Shown: positions 38,233-50,670, numbered from the whole stretch's first letter. The stretch is DNA of 63,588 nucleotides, filler included, from Actinomycetota bacterium (GCA_025963875.1; 5 parts of 5 records of this genome joined end to end with filler, not necessarily neighbours in it); one strand, 5' to 3'. Notes: generated from the letters alone by a model not told the origin. Translations and numbers: made by a program.

Positions 38233-39303
38233 ATGAGCTTCCCCTCCAGCGACCAGAGCGTGGCACCGCCGGTCGCAAACCGGAGGCGCCGCTGGCTCGG
38301 CCAGGCCCTGCGGTGGGGGATCGGAATCGGGGCTGCCCTCCTCGTATTCAACGCTCTGTTCAGCCGGCGCGACGAACTGGCCGGGGCGCTGACCACGCTC
38401 GAGCATCTGCGGTACGAGTGGGTCTTCTTCGCCGTCGTCGCCGAGCTCGCCTCGATCGGCGCCTACGCGGCGCTGACGCGCCAGCTGCTCCGGGCGGGGG
38501 GCGTCGACATCAGCCTGGCCGAGCTCAGCGGCATCACCCTCGCCGCCAACGCCATTCAGAATTCCCTGCCTGCCGGCCCGGCCTGGTCGACGGTGTACGC
38601 CTACCGGCAGTTCCGGCGCCGGGGCGCCGACCCCGTGCTCGTGGGATGGACCCTCGCCATCACGGTCCTCATCGCCATCGCCACGCTGGGGGCGATCGCC
38701 CTCGTGGGCCTGATCGTCTCCGAGGATCAGGCGGCCTCCCTCGACCTGGTACGGGTCATCGTGGTGGTGGCCATCGCGATCCTGCTGCTCGTGGTCGCCG
38801 CGCGCCGTGGCCTGGTCAGCCTGCCGGGCCGGCGGGCGGCCGTGCTGATCGTTTCGGCGTGCCAGCGGGTCGTCCACCGGCCGCGGGGCGACGCTGCGGA
38901 GCTCGTCGACCGGGCCTTCGACCGCCTCCGGGCGGTGCATCTCACCAAGCGCACGCTGGCCGGCGCCGTCCTCTGGTCGCTTGCGAACTGGTGGCTCGAC
39001 CTCACCGCTCTCGCCATGTCCTTTGCTGCCGTCGGGACGGCCGTCCCGTGGCGGGGACTGTTGCTCGCCTATGGCGCCGGTCAGCTCGCCGCCAACCTGC
39101 CGGTGACGCTCGGGGGCCTCGGCGTCGTCGAAGGCAGCCTCACCGTCGCCCTCGTGTTCTACGGCGGTGCCCAGGAGGCGACGGTGGCGGCGGTGCTGCT
39201 CTACCGGATCGTCAGCTTCTGGATGATGCTGGTGATCGGCTGGGCTGCCGCGCTGCTCATCCGGATCCGCACCCCGCACCTCGAGGAGGCGAAGGCCCGA
39301 TGA
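38233..39303 (+). CDS. YbhN / lysylphosphatidylglycerol synthase TM-domain protein
   Basis: NSLPAG, LPVTLGGLGVVEGSL, VLLYRIVSFW. Confidence 0.85.
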   Translation: MSFPSSDQSVAPPVANRRRRWLGQALRWGIGIGAALLVFNALFSRRDELAGALTTLEHLRYEWVFFAVVAELASIGAYAALTRQLLRAGGVDISLAELSGITLAANAIQNSLPAGPAWSTVYAYRQFRRRGADPVLVGWTLAITVLIAIATLGAIALVGLIVSEDQAASLDLVRVIVVVAIAILLLVVAARRGLVSLPGRRAAVLIVSACQRVVHRPRGDAAELVDRAFDRLRAVHLTKRTLAGAVLWSLANWWLDLTALAMSFAAVGTAVPWRGLLLAYGAGQLAANLPVTLGGLGVVEGSLTVALVFYGGAQEATVAAVLLYRIVSFWMMLVIGWAAALLIRIRTPHLEEAKAR

Positions 39304-39689
39304 GGCGGACGGTCGTCGCCCTGTTCCTGGCCGCCGCAGTCCTGGCGCTCGCTTCGTGCACGCCGCGCAACTCACTCGGCACCGGCAGCACGGCCTGCAT
39401 CCAGGCCATCCCGGTGGCGGCGGCCGAGGTCCACCACAAGGGCAGGCCGGAGGGCGTGCGCACGGTGAGCGCGGCCAGCCTCGCCAAGCGGATCCCGGAG
39501 GTCGCCCCGCTCGGCAAGCAGACCGTCTGCGTCGTCGCCTTCAGCGACGACTTCAAGCCCGGCGATGTCACCCACGCCAAGGTCCAGCGGGCGGGGCACT
39601 ACGCCCTCGTCGTGGTCGACAACCACCAGCGGGTGGTGGTGTCCTACGTGCTCGACCAGTTGCCCCTGCGGTTCCGCCACCAGGTCTAG
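39300..39689 (+). CDS. Putative lipoprotein
   Basis: MRR + hydrophobic + LASC lipobox; ATGA coupling. Confidence 0.7.
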   Translation: MRRTVVALFLAAAVLALASCTPRNSLGTGSTACIQAIPVAAAEVHHKGRPEGVRTVSAASLAKRIPEVAPLGKQTVCVVAFSDDFKPGDVTHAKVQRAGHYALVVVDNHQRVVVSYVLDQLPLRFRHQV

Positions 39690-39711
39690 GTGCGCTTCAC
39701 TCCTCATCAAA

Positions 39712-39760
39712 CTTCTTTGTGTGAATACCTGCGATTATGACTGGTTTTCACACAAAGAAG
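39712..39760. terminator. Inverted repeat between convergent genes
   Basis: CTTCTTTGTGTGAA ... TTCACACAAAGAAG, perfect 14-bp arms. Confidence 0.65.
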
Positions 39761-39761
39761 C

Positions 39762-40403
39762 TCAGGCGGAGGCTGCCCTCGCATGGCCGGCGAGGTGGCG
39801 GACGACAACCTGGAGGTCGGCCACGAAGTCCGCCCGGGCCTTCAGGCGCGCCTTGCCGTCGGGGGCCCGCAGCAGCGACGACGGGTGCACCGTGGCCAGC
39901 ACGTTCCCGTAGGGACCGGGCATGAGCCTGCCCCGGTCCTGCGAGACCTTGAAGTCCTTGTCGATGAGGGTCTGGGCGGCGACGGCGCCGAGGCAGACGA
40001 GGACGTCGGGCCGCAGCCGCTCCAGCTCGGCGTCCAGCCAGGGCCGGCAGGCGTGGATGTGCTCGGCCGCCGGCGTGTGGTGGATGCGCCGCTTGCCCTT
40101 CGGTTTCCATCGGAAATGCTTCACCACGTTGGTCATCCACACCTGATCCTCGGCGAGCCCGGCCTCCGCCATGCAACTCCGCAGCATCAGGCCCGCGGGG
40201 CCGACGAACGGATGCCCCCGCCGGTCCTCGACGTCGCCCGGCTGCTCGCCAACCAGCATGACGGGCGCCTTCGGCGGACCCTCCCCGAACACCGCCTGGG
40301 TGGCGTCGCTCCACAGGCCGCAACCGCGGCAGTCGTGGACGGCGGCCGCCAGGTCGGCCAGCGTGTCGTCGGGGTGGATGAGGTCCTGCGGTCCCGTCGT
40401 CAT
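39762..40403 (-). CDS. udgX: UdgX-type uracil-DNA glycosylase/binding protein
   Basis: CRGC, GEQPG, KRRIH signature loop, HPS. Confidence 0.9.
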   Translation of the reverse strand: MTTGPQDLIHPDDTLADLAAAVHDCRGCGLWSDATQAVFGEGPPKAPVMLVGEQPGDVEDRRGHPFVGPAGLMLRSCMAEAGLAEDQVWMTNVVKHFRWKPKGKRRIHHTPAAEHIHACRPWLDAELERLRPDVLVCLGAVAAQTLIDKDFKVSQDRGRLMPGPYGNVLATVHPSSLLRAPDGKARLKARADFVADLQVVVRHLAGHARAASA

Positions 40404-40493
40404 GTGGTTGCGCTACCCGGGTGCCACCGGGCCAAACGGGGGTAGGTTGGATCGGGGAACCGGCGACAGGCAGATGAGCGCGAGGAGGACACG

Positions 40494-41504
40494 GTGGTTG
40501 CGAAACGCCCGCTGGGCAGGACCGGCATGGAGATCACCCGGGTCGGCTTCGGCGCCTGGGCCATCGGGGGCGGCGAGTGGAGTTTCGGGTGGGGCAGCCA
40601 GGAGGACACGGAGTCGATCGCCGCCATCCGCCATGCCGTCGAGGTGGGGATCAACTGGGTGGACACCGCCGCCGTGTACGGGCTCGGCCATTCCGAAGAG
40701 GTGGTGGCCACGGCGCTGGAGGTCTTCTCGGACGCCGACCGGCCGTCTGTGTTCACCAAGTGTGGTCTGCGCTGGGACGACCGGGACCCCATGGCACCGG
40801 CCCGGCGCGTCGGCAGGCCCGAGTCGATCCGCGAAGAGGCCGAGTTGTCGCTGAAGCGGCTGCGGACCGACCGCATCGACCTCTACCAGATGCACTGGCC
40901 CCCCGAGGACGGCACGCCGATCGAGGAGTACTGGGGTACGTTGCTCGAGCTCAGGCAGGAGGGCGTCATCGCCGCAGCAGGGCTCTCCAACCACTCCGCC
41001 GATCAGGTGCAGGCGGCGGAGCGGCTCGGCCACGTCGACTCCGTCCAGCCGCCCCTGTCGCTGATCAACCGTCAGGCGGCGGCCGACCTCATCCCCTGGT
41101 GCCGGGACCACGAGACCGGGGTGATCGTCTACAGCCCCATGCAGTCCGGGCTGCTCACCGGGGCCTTCACCGCGGAGCGGGTCGCCGGGCTCCCCGAGGA
41201 CGACTGGCGGCGCCGGAGTGGCGAGTTCACGGTCAACCTGGAGCAGAACCTTGCGCTCGCGGAGGCCCTCCGTCCGGTCGCGGAGCGCCACGGTGTGACG
41301 CAGGCGGCGATCGCCGTGGCCTGGACGCTGGTGTGGCCTGGCGTCACCGGCGCCATCGTCGGTGCCCGCCGCCCCGACCAGGTCGACTCCTGGTTGCCCG
41401 CGGCCGACCTCGAGCTGACCGACGAGGACCTCGACGAGCTGGCGGCAGCGATCGAGGCTACGGGGGCCGGGTCCGGCCCCGTCCGGCCGCCGTCAGGAGC
41501 CTGA
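40494..41504 (+). CDS. Aldo/keto reductase
   Basis: GFGAWAIGG, DTAAVYG, TKCG, IDLYQMHWP, YSPMQSGLL. Confidence 0.95.
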   Translation: MVAKRPLGRTGMEITRVGFGAWAIGGGEWSFGWGSQEDTESIAAIRHAVEVGINWVDTAAVYGLGHSEEVVATALEVFSDADRPSVFTKCGLRWDDRDPMAPARRVGRPESIREEAELSLKRLRTDRIDLYQMHWPPEDGTPIEEYWGTLLELRQEGVIAAAGLSNHSADQVQAAERLGHVDSVQPPLSLINRQAAADLIPWCRDHETGVIVYSPMQSGLLTGAFTAERVAGLPEDDWRRRSGEFTVNLEQNLALAEALRPVAERHGVTQAAIAVAWTLVWPGVTGAIVGARRPDQVDSWLPAADLELTDEDLDELAAAIEATGAGSGPVRPPSGA

Positions 41505-41509
41505 CGAAC

Positions 41510-41836
41510 TCACGAATCCGGCGGCCCTCTGACGACCGCGATGTTGGGGGTCTGTTCCAGGCCGACAAGCTCGATGGTGCGTGCGACGGCTCGCTGGGGG
41601 CTCTCGAGGAAGAGCTTGCCAGTGTTTTCCAGCCCGGTCGCAACGCGCAGCAGGCTGCGCAGCCCCATGCTGTCGATGAAGGTGAGTTCGGCGATGTTGA
41701 GCACCAGGTCGCCGCCTTCGTCGATCTGCGGCACCAGGGCGTCGAGGAACTCCTCCGCGTTGGACGCGTCGAGCTCGCCGATGAGTCGCATGGTTCTCGG
41801 CTCACTCGTCGGGACCACCTGCAGGAGGTCGCTCAC
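41510..41836 (-). CDS. STAS-domain anti-sigma factor antagonist
   Basis: GELDAS, LTFIDSMGL (phospho-Ser motif). Confidence 0.85.
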   Translation of the reverse strand: MSDLLQVVPTSEPRTMRLIGELDASNAEEFLDALVPQIDEGGDLVLNIAELTFIDSMGLRSLLRVATGLENTGKLFLESPQRAVARTIELVGLEQTPNIAVVRGPPDS

Positions 41837-42053
41837 GTATCCACCACCCACTTCTGATCTCCACGACCGACCCCCCGCCGGACCGGGGCTGAGTGCGTCC
41901 CAGCACGCCGATTCTAGAGGACAAATCACCTAGACGCGCGACCACTCTCCCCGACCGCCCCAGGGTGGGGTTAGGACGGTCGGCGGAGAGTGGCCGGTGG
42001 TACTCCGCAGCCGTGCCTCCCGGCGGGGCTGCGGGTGGAACGCCTGATGTGCG

Positions 42054-42542
42054 TTATGCAGCCTGCTGGTTGACCAGCGCCTCGGCCAGCTTGCTGAGCT
42101 TGCGGTCGGTCTCGGCTTCCTCGTCGAGCGTCGCCTGCAGCAGCTCCGCTACCTGGTCCTGGCCGAGCTCCTGCGCCCACGTCCGGGCGCTGCCGTAGGA
42201 GGCGATTTCGTAGTGCTCCACCTTCTGGGCGGCCGAGATAAGGGCCGCGTCCATGACGGACGGCTCCATCTCCTCCTCGAGGAACTCCTTGCCCTCTTCG
42301 ATCAGACCCTCCATCGCCACGCACTTCTTGGCACGGGCGGTGTGGCCGAGGATCTCGAACGCCTGCTCCAGACGAGCGATCTGGCCCTGGGTCTGGGTGA
42401 GGTGCTCCTCGAACCCAGCCCGGAGTTCCTCAGACGATGCGGCTTTCGCCATCTTCGGAAGGGCCTTCGTGATCTGCCTCTCGGCGCTCAGCAGGTCTCT
42501 GAGCTCATCGATCAGCAGGTTCTCCAGGGATCGCACCGCCAT
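42054..42542 (-). CDS. yciF: YciE/YciF (DUF892) ferritin-like protein
   Basis: LRDLLSAERQ, HLTQT, AQKVEHYEIASYG, TLDEE; GGAGG RBS. Confidence 0.9.
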   Translation of the reverse strand: MAVRSLENLLIDELRDLLSAERQITKALPKMAKAASSEELRAGFEEHLTQTQGQIARLEQAFEILGHTARAKKCVAMEGLIEEGKEFLEEEMEPSVMDAALISAAQKVEHYEIASYGSARTWAQELGQDQVAELLQATLDEEAETDRKLSKLAEALVNQQAA

Positions 42543-42592
42543 TTCCTGACCTCCTATCAGTGACTTTTCGCACGACATCTTCGATACTCCAA

Positions 42593-42618
42593 GTACCCAC
42601 GCCTTCGGAGAGGCAAAC
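42593..42618 (-). promoter_or_regulatory. SigB/SigF-type stress promoter of yciF
   Basis: GTTT-N16-GGGTAC on the minus strand. Confidence 0.55.
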
Positions 42619-42707
42619 GGCGGATATGGGTAGTTAGAATCACCGAGCAGATGGGTAGTGCGGGCACCAGGATGATGCGCCGGTCGGCCAATGGCGAGCG
42701 CGCTTCG

Positions 42708-43715
42708 ATGCGTGCCCGCCGGCGCGTGGCGATGGCGCCTGGGGGTGTGATCGTTGCCGCGGCAACCGCCGCCTGTGCTGGTCCGGCGTCGATGCTTCGC
42801 ACCGCCGGGCCCGGTGCGACCCGCGTCGAGCACTTCTGGTGGCTGCTCTTCGGAATCTCCGCCGCAGTCTTTTTCTTCGTCGCCGCGATGCTCGCCCTCG
42901 CCGTCGTCCGCCGCCGGCGGCCTTCGCAGGGAGACCCCGGAAGAGAGGTCGAGCCGGGATGGGGCCACCGGTTCATCCTCGTGAGCGGAGTCGTGATCCC
43001 CGTGATCATCCTCTCCACCACCTTCCTCGTGACCCTCCGGGAGATGACCGCCCTCGCCAAGCCGCTGCACAGCACCCGTCTGACGGTCGCGGTCGTCGGC
43101 CACCTGTGGTGGTGGGAGGCCCGTTACCCCAACGGGGCGGTCACCGCCAACGAGCTGCACATCCCGGTCGGTGAGCCCGTGCGCCTGGAATTGACCACGG
43201 CGGATGTGATCCACTCCTTCTGGGTGCCACAGCTCCAGACGAAGATGGACCAGATCCCCGGCCACACCAACGAGATGTGGCTGCAGGCAGACGCCCCCGG
43301 CCGGTACCGGGGCCAGTGTTCGCAGTTCTGCGGCCTCCAGCACGCCCACATGATCTTCTTCGTCGTCGCCGACTCCCCGGGCGACTTCCAGGCATGGGAG
43401 ACACGCGAGGCCCAACCCGCGGCGGCGCCCAGCAGCCCCGCGGCAGCGAGTGGCCTGGGGGTGTTCACGTCCAACACCTGCGCCGGCTGCCACGCCATCC
43501 GCGGCACCAGCGCGGTCGCGACGGTGGGGCCGGACCTCACGCACCTGGCGGACCGGGCCACCCTGGCGGCCGGCACCATCGACAACACGCAGTCCGAGCT
43601 CGCCCGCTGGATCACCGACCCCCAGGGTGTGAAGCCTGGTGCGATCATGCCTCCTACGCAGCTCTCGTCATCCGACCTGGCCGACCTGGTGGCCTACCTC
43701 CAGTCGCTCAAGTAG
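42708..43715 (+). CDS. coxB: Cytochrome c oxidase subunit II with fused cytochrome c (caa3 type)
   Basis: DVIHSFW, CSQFCGLQHAHM CuA site, CAGCH heme motif; start uncertain. Confidence 0.92.
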   Translation: MRARRRVAMAPGGVIVAAATAACAGPASMLRTAGPGATRVEHFWWLLFGISAAVFFFVAAMLALAVVRRRRPSQGDPGREVEPGWGHRFILVSGVVIPVIILSTTFLVTLREMTALAKPLHSTRLTVAVVGHLWWWEARYPNGAVTANELHIPVGEPVRLELTTADVIHSFWVPQLQTKMDQIPGHTNEMWLQADAPGRYRGQCSQFCGLQHAHMIFFVVADSPGDFQAWETREAQPAAAPSSPAAASGLGVFTSNTCAGCHAIRGTSAVATVGPDLTHLADRATLAAGTIDNTQSELARWITDPQGVKPGAIMPPTQLSSSDLADLVAYLQSLK

Positions 43716-43723
43716 GGACGCCG

Positions 43724-45615
<1,892 letters not shown>

Positions 45616-45619
<4 letters not shown>

Positions 45620-46266
45620 CCACCACCGCGCACGAGATGTCAACCATCCCCACCGTGCCCACGGGGGCTCCCGGGGAACGCCTGCCCATCGTCGCCTCCG
45701 GGCCGGACTCGTTCGGCTGGTGGGGGATGTGGGGCCTCATCGCCACCGAGGCCATGCTGTTCGGATCGCTACTCGCCAGCTACTTCTACCTCCGCTTCCG
45801 GACGGGGGCGGGGGGGTGGCCGCCCGACGGCATCCACAAGCCGGAGCTCGTCCTCCCGCTGGTCATGAGTGCCATCCTGTGGTCTTCGAGCATCCCGGTG
45901 CACATCGCCGACCGTGCCATCCGCCGGGGCAATCAGGGCCTGCTCCGGGTCGGCTTGCTTGCGGGCTTCCTGCTGGGGGCGATCTTCCTGGGCATGCAGC
46001 TCCTCGTGGAGTACCCGAAGATACTGACCGAGTTCCACCCGACCACCAACGCCTACGGCTCGTTGTTCTTCACCATCACGGGCTTCCACGGCTTCCACGT
46101 GGTCGTCGGCCTCCTCATCAGCCTCTGGACGCAGATGCGAGCCCGGCAGGGGGCCTTCGACGAGCACCGCCACGTGACGGTGCAGAACTTCGCGATGTAC
46201 TGGCACTTCGTCGACGTCGTGTGGGTGCTCGTGCTCTTCACCGTCTACCTCTCACCGCACTTTTGA
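45616..46266 (+). CDS. ctaE: Cytochrome c oxidase subunit III
   Basis: TEAMLF, TGFHGFHV, YWHFVDVVW. Confidence 0.93.
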
Positions 46267-46661
46267 ACGCGCTCGCCTACCTCCGCGAACACCGGGGCCT
46301 CGCGCTCCAGTGGTTCGGCGTCCTCGCGGGTCCCTCCGCCTGGAGCGCCCAGTTCATCGTCAGCTACAACGTGACGGATACCGGTGCCTGCGCACCGGCC
46401 GGGGCCCGTTTCCTGGCATCCGGGGGGTTCCGGCCGGTCGTCGCCGTCGTCAGCGCCCTGGCAGCCGCCGTGACCGCTCTTGCCCTCGTCGTCTCCTACC
46501 GCTGCTGGAAGCGGCTCCACGGCCAGGATCCGACGCCGGGCGAGCGGGCCTCATGGCTGGCGGTCGCTGGCATGATGAGCAACGGCTTGTTCCTCGTCAT
46601 GATCCTTGGCAGCTTCGTTCCCCTGGCATTCTTCTCCCGATGCATCCCATCGCCGGCGTAG
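46263..46661 (+). CDS. Small membrane protein of the oxidase operon
   Basis: TTGA coupling; 3 TM; GPSAW.AQ pattern. Confidence 0.6.
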   Translation: MNALAYLREHRGLALQWFGVLAGPSAWSAQFIVSYNVTDTGACAPAGARFLASGGFRPVVAVVSALAAAVTALALVVSYRCWKRLHGQDPTPGERASWLAVAGMMSNGLFLVMILGSFVPLAFFSRCIPSPA

Positions 46662-47527
46662 GGCCGGTCGCCGTGGTCCCGCCCTCCGCGGCCTGGGGGG
46701 CCTGGACCTTCGACCCCCTCGTCGTGGCCGGGCTCGGAGCCGCCGCCGTCCTCTACGCGCGGGGGTTGGCCAAGCTGCGACGGGCTGCACACGTCCACGT
46801 CCGGCCCCGGCAGGCGGCCTCCTTTGCCGCCGGGCTTGCCTTGCTGGCGGCTGCCCTCGTCTCCCCGATCGACGCCCTGGCAGATACCCTGCTGTCGGTC
46901 CACATGGTCCAGCACCTCATCCTTCTGATGGTGGCGCCGCCGCTCCTCGTCTACGGCCGGCCGGGCCTGGTCATGTATCTCGGTCTCCCGGCCTCGTCCC
47001 GCAGCGGTCTGGGTGGGCTTGGGGCTCGCCGGCGCTTTCGAGGGGTGGCCAGGGTGGTGCTCAACCCGCTGGTCGTCCTCGTCGCGACCGTCGTCGCGTT
47101 GTGGGGCTGGCATCTGCCCGGGCCCTATCAGGCGGCCATCACCCACCCGGCCCTGCATGCCATGGAGCACCTCACGTTCCTTGTCTCGGCGCTTGCGTTC
47201 TGGGCGCTGGTCATCGACCCCGCACCACACAGAAGGCTCGGCTACGGCCCGGCGATCCTGCTCGTCTTCGTCACCATGCTCGCGGGTGCAGCCCTCGGCG
47301 CTCTCATCACGTTCTCCTCGACCGTGCTCTATCCCATCTACGACGCCGGAGCGCGCTTGTGGGGGACCACCCCCCTGGCCGACCAGCAGGTCGCCGGGGC
47401 GATCATGTGGATCCCACCGGGGGCGGTCCTGTTCCTGACCGTGGTCTTCCTTGCCCTGCGATGGTTCGATGACGTGGACCGTAGGGTCCGTGCCGCGGAG
47501 AGCGCCGTGGCCGGTGGCCAGGCATGA
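46640..47527 (+). CDS. ctaG: Cytochrome c oxidase assembly factor (Caa3_CtaG)
   Basis: SVHMVQHLILLMVAPPLL, WH.P, EH, DQQVAGAIMW. Confidence 0.9.
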   Translation: MHPIAGVGPVAVVPPSAAWGAWTFDPLVVAGLGAAAVLYARGLAKLRRAAHVHVRPRQAASFAAGLALLAAALVSPIDALADTLLSVHMVQHLILLMVAPPLLVYGRPGLVMYLGLPASSRSGLGGLGARRRFRGVARVVLNPLVVLVATVVALWGWHLPGPYQAAITHPALHAMEHLTFLVSALAFWALVIDPAPHRRLGYGPAILLVFVTMLAGAALGALITFSSTVLYPIYDAGARLWGTTPLADQQVAGAIMWIPPGAVLFLTVVFLALRWFDDVDRRVRAAESAVAGGQA

Positions 47528-48393
47528 AGCGCCGGGCCCTCCTCGTCGTCCCCTTGTTCCTGCTTTTGTTGCTGTTGGGCGCGTGCTCGTACTTCCAGGG
47601 GCAGGCCGCCCCCTACCGCCCGGCGGGTGGCATCGTGGCGCCCGGCCCTGCGAGCGGCGAGCAGCTCTACCAGCGGGACTGCGCCTGGTGCCACGGCAAC
47701 CGCGGGCAGGGGACCTCGAACGGACCCACGCTGGTCGGGGGCGGTCCGGCCCTGACGGACTTCATGCTCTCGACCGGCCGTATGCCGGTGACCTCGCCCT
47801 CCCAGAAGGACGCTCTGCACCGCGACCCTGCCTACTCCCCGCAGGACATCGCCGCCATTGTTGCCTTCGTCAATTCCTTCGGCGCCGGCGGGCCGGACAT
47901 CCCAGTGGTCGATACCGCCCGCGGGAACCTGGCGGAGGGCTTGAACCTCTACCAGGCGAACTGCGCCGCCTGCCACTCGACCACGGGTGAGGGGGGTGCC
48001 CTGGCGACGGGCAAAGCCGGCATCGTCAACGGCTATGTGCTGTCGCAGAACGGACTGGTCGCGCCCCCGCTCCTCAAGGCGACCCCCACCCAGGTCGCCG
48101 AGGCCATGCGGACCGGACCGCCCGGCATGCCGGTCTTCGGCCCCAGTGCCTTCCCCGACGACCAGGTGGACTCCATCGCCCGTTACGTGGTCGCGCTGCA
48201 GCGAGCCAAGAGCCCGGGAGGCTTTGCGCTCGGCCGGATCGGGCCGGTGGCGGAGGGGGCGGTCGGCTGGCTGGTCGGCCTCGCCATCCTCGTGCTGCTG
48301 ACCCGCTGGATCGGCACCGGCCTGCCCAAGCCCGGCCACCACGGCGGAGCCCACGCCGGCGACGCCCCGCCCGGCGGGGAGGGCCACCCATGA
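47524..48393 (+). CDS. qcrC: Cytochrome bcc complex diheme cytochrome c
   Basis: CAWCH and CAACH; LSTGRMP; GPVAEG and C-terminal TM. Confidence 0.9.
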   Translation: MKRRALLVVPLFLLLLLLGACSYFQGQAAPYRPAGGIVAPGPASGEQLYQRDCAWCHGNRGQGTSNGPTLVGGGPALTDFMLSTGRMPVTSPSQKDALHRDPAYSPQDIAAIVAFVNSFGAGGPDIPVVDTARGNLAEGLNLYQANCAACHSTTGEGGALATGKAGIVNGYVLSQNGLVAPPLLKATPTQVAEAMRTGPPGMPVFGPSAFPDDQVDSIARYVVALQRAKSPGGFALGRIGPVAEGAVGWLVGLAILVLLTRWIGTGLPKPGHHGGAHAGDAPPGGEGHP

Positions 48394-49226
48394 GAGGCGC
48401 CCGGCTTGCCGCCCTCGCCTTCGTGGTCAGCACCGTGGCTTCTCTGTCCCTCGCGGTGGTGTACGTCTTAGGGGGCCAGGCGCAGCTCGAGGGGACCCTG
48501 CTCGGCGTCGGGCTCGGCGGCCTGGGCGTCGGGCTGGTGGCCTGGGCGAAGCACCTGATGCCCACCGGGCCGTTCGTCCAGGCCCGCAAGGTGACGCTCG
48601 CCCGGACCGGTGAGATCGAAGAGGTGGCGGAGTCGTTCGAAGAGGGTGCCGCGACCATCGGCCGCCGGCGGTTCCTCGCCCGCCTGCTGGCGGTGTCGCT
48701 GGGTGCCTTCGGCATCGCCGCGGTGTTCCCCATCCGGTCGCTGGGCACCAGTCCGGGCCGGCAGTTGTTCCACACGTCGTGGCGCAAAGGGTCCCGGGCA
48801 GTCACCGACGCGGGCCAGCCGATCCGGCCCGCCGAGTTGCCCGTCGACAGCGTCCTCACCGTCTTCCCCGAGGGGGCCGTCGGGGTCGAGGACTCCCAGA
48901 CCCTGCTGATCCGCCTGCCGGCGGGCGACTACCGGCCCCTGCCCGGGCGGGAGGGATGGGCGCCCGACGACGTGGTCGCGTTCTCCAAGATCTGCACCCA
49001 TGCCGGGTGTCCGGTGGGGCTCTACCGGGCCGACACCAACCAGCTGTTCTGCCCCTGCCACCAATCGGTCTTCGACGTGCTGCAGGGAGCAAAGCCGGCG
49101 GGCGGCCCCGCGACGACCGCCCTCCCGCAGCTCCCGCTGGACGTCGACGGCGAGGGGTACCTCGTCGCCAGGAGCGACTACACCGAGCCGGTCGGCCCCG
49201 GCTTCTGGAACCGCAACCGTGCTTAA
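48390..49226 (+). CDS. qcrA: Cytochrome bcc Rieske protein
   Basis: CTHAGC and CPCH motifs; internal RR after TM helices. Confidence 0.93.
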   Translation: MRGARLAALAFVVSTVASLSLAVVYVLGGQAQLEGTLLGVGLGGLGVGLVAWAKHLMPTGPFVQARKVTLARTGEIEEVAESFEEGAATIGRRRFLARLLAVSLGAFGIAAVFPIRSLGTSPGRQLFHTSWRKGSRAVTDAGQPIRPAELPVDSVLTVFPEGAVGVEDSQTLLIRLPAGDYRPLPGREGWAPDDVVAFSKICTHAGCPVGLYRADTNQLFCPCHQSVFDVLQGAKPAGGPATTALPQLPLDVDGEGYLVARSDYTEPVGPGFWNRNRA

Positions 49227-50670
49227 ACGCCTCGCGGCCTGGATCGACGACCGCCTCGGGGCTGCCGCCTTCGCGGAGGAGGCCCTCAACAAGGTCTTCC
49301 CCGACCACTGGGCGTTCCTGCTCGGCGAGATCGCCATGTACTGCTTCGTCGTGCTGCTCGCCACCGGCGTCTTCCTGACCTTCTTCTTCGACGCCAGCAC
49401 CGCCAAGACCGTCTACTCGGGCCACTACGCGCCGCTCAACGGCTCCCAGGTCTCGAGTGCCTACAGCTCGGTGATGCACCTCAGCTTCGACATCCGGATG
49501 GGGCTCGTTATCCGTCAGATCCACCACTGGGCAGCCGTGGTGTTCATCGCCGCCATCGTCGCCCACCTGTGCCGCATCTTCTTCACCAGTGCCTTCCGCC
49601 GGCCCCGGGAGATCAACTGGGTGCTCGGCATGACGCTGATGATCCTCTCGATCTTCAACGGCTTCACCGGCTACTCCCTCCCCGACGACCTCCTGTCGGG
49701 GGTGGGCCTGCGGATCGCCTATTCCATCGCTATCTCGATCCCGTTCATCGGTCCCTGGATGGCGTTCCTGGTCTTCGGGGGCAAGTTCGGCTCGCCCCAG
49801 ATCATCGGGCGGCTGTTCATCATCCATGTGCTGCTGATCCCCGCTGCAATCGCGGGGATCCTCGGGGCTCACCTCGCCATCGTGTGGCGCCAGAAGCACA
49901 CCCAGTTCCTCATCCCCGGGGCGGCGGAGAGCAACGTGGTGGGGGAGCGGCTCTGGCCCACGTACGCCACCAAATCGGTCGGCCTGTTCTTCGGTGTGGC
50001 GGCAGTCCTCTCCTTCCTCGGGGGCCTGGTGCAGATCAACCCCGTCTGGCTCTACGGCCCGTACGCCGCGGCGCAGGTGAGCTCGCCAGCCCAGCCGGAC
50101 TGGTACCTCGGGTGGCTGGAGGGGGCGCTGCGCCTGTTCCCCGCCTGGCAGTTCCAGATCTTCGGCCTCGAGATCCCCAACGTCTTCCTGCCCGCCATCG
50201 TGCTGCCCGGCATCACGTTCGGCCTGTTGTACGCCTGGCCGTTCATCGAGGCCTGGCGTACCGGGGACTATGCACCCCACCACGTCCTCGACCGGCCCCG
50301 GGACCGCCCCGTCCACACTGCCCTCGGGATGGCGACGCTGAGCTTCTACGCGGTCCTGCTGTTCGGTGGCGTGAACGACCTGGTGGCGAAGTGGTTCCAG
50401 CTCCCCGTCGAGTCGGTGACGTGGACGTTTCGGATCATGGGCATCGTGCTGCCGATCCTCGTGGGCTGGCTCACGTACCGCCTCATGGTGGCCCTGCGGC
50501 TGGACGCGTGGGAGCGTGCCAGGCATGCGCCGTCCCCCGAGCCGGTCCTTGCCGCGGCGGGGGCGGCGGCCGGGCCCGGCAGTGGGGCCGCCCGATGGGG
50601 CCTGGCCGGCTTCTTCGGCGCCGGCGCCCTGGGGGCCTGGCGGCTCCTCCGCCGCCACCGGCGGGAGTAA
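49219..50670 (+). CDS. qcrB: Cytochrome bcc complex cytochrome b
   Basis: VFPDHW.FLLGE, RQIHHWAA, GYSLPDDLLSG, QPDWY. Confidence 0.95.
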   Translation: MLKRLAAWIDDRLGAAAFAEEALNKVFPDHWAFLLGEIAMYCFVVLLATGVFLTFFFDASTAKTVYSGHYAPLNGSQVSSAYSSVMHLSFDIRMGLVIRQIHHWAAVVFIAAIVAHLCRIFFTSAFRRPREINWVLGMTLMILSIFNGFTGYSLPDDLLSGVGLRIAYSIAISIPFIGPWMAFLVFGGKFGSPQIIGRLFIIHVLLIPAAIAGILGAHLAIVWRQKHTQFLIPGAAESNVVGERLWPTYATKSVGLFFGVAAVLSFLGGLVQINPVWLYGPYAAAQVSSPAQPDWYLGWLEGALRLFPAWQFQIFGLEIPNVFLPAIVLPGITFGLLYAWPFIEAWRTGDYAPHHVLDRPRDRPVHTALGMATLSFYAVLLFGGVNDLVAKWFQLPVESVTWTFRIMGIVLPILVGWLTYRLMVALRLDAWERARHAPSPEPVLAAAGAAAGPGSGAARWGLAGFFGAGALGAWRLLRRHRRE

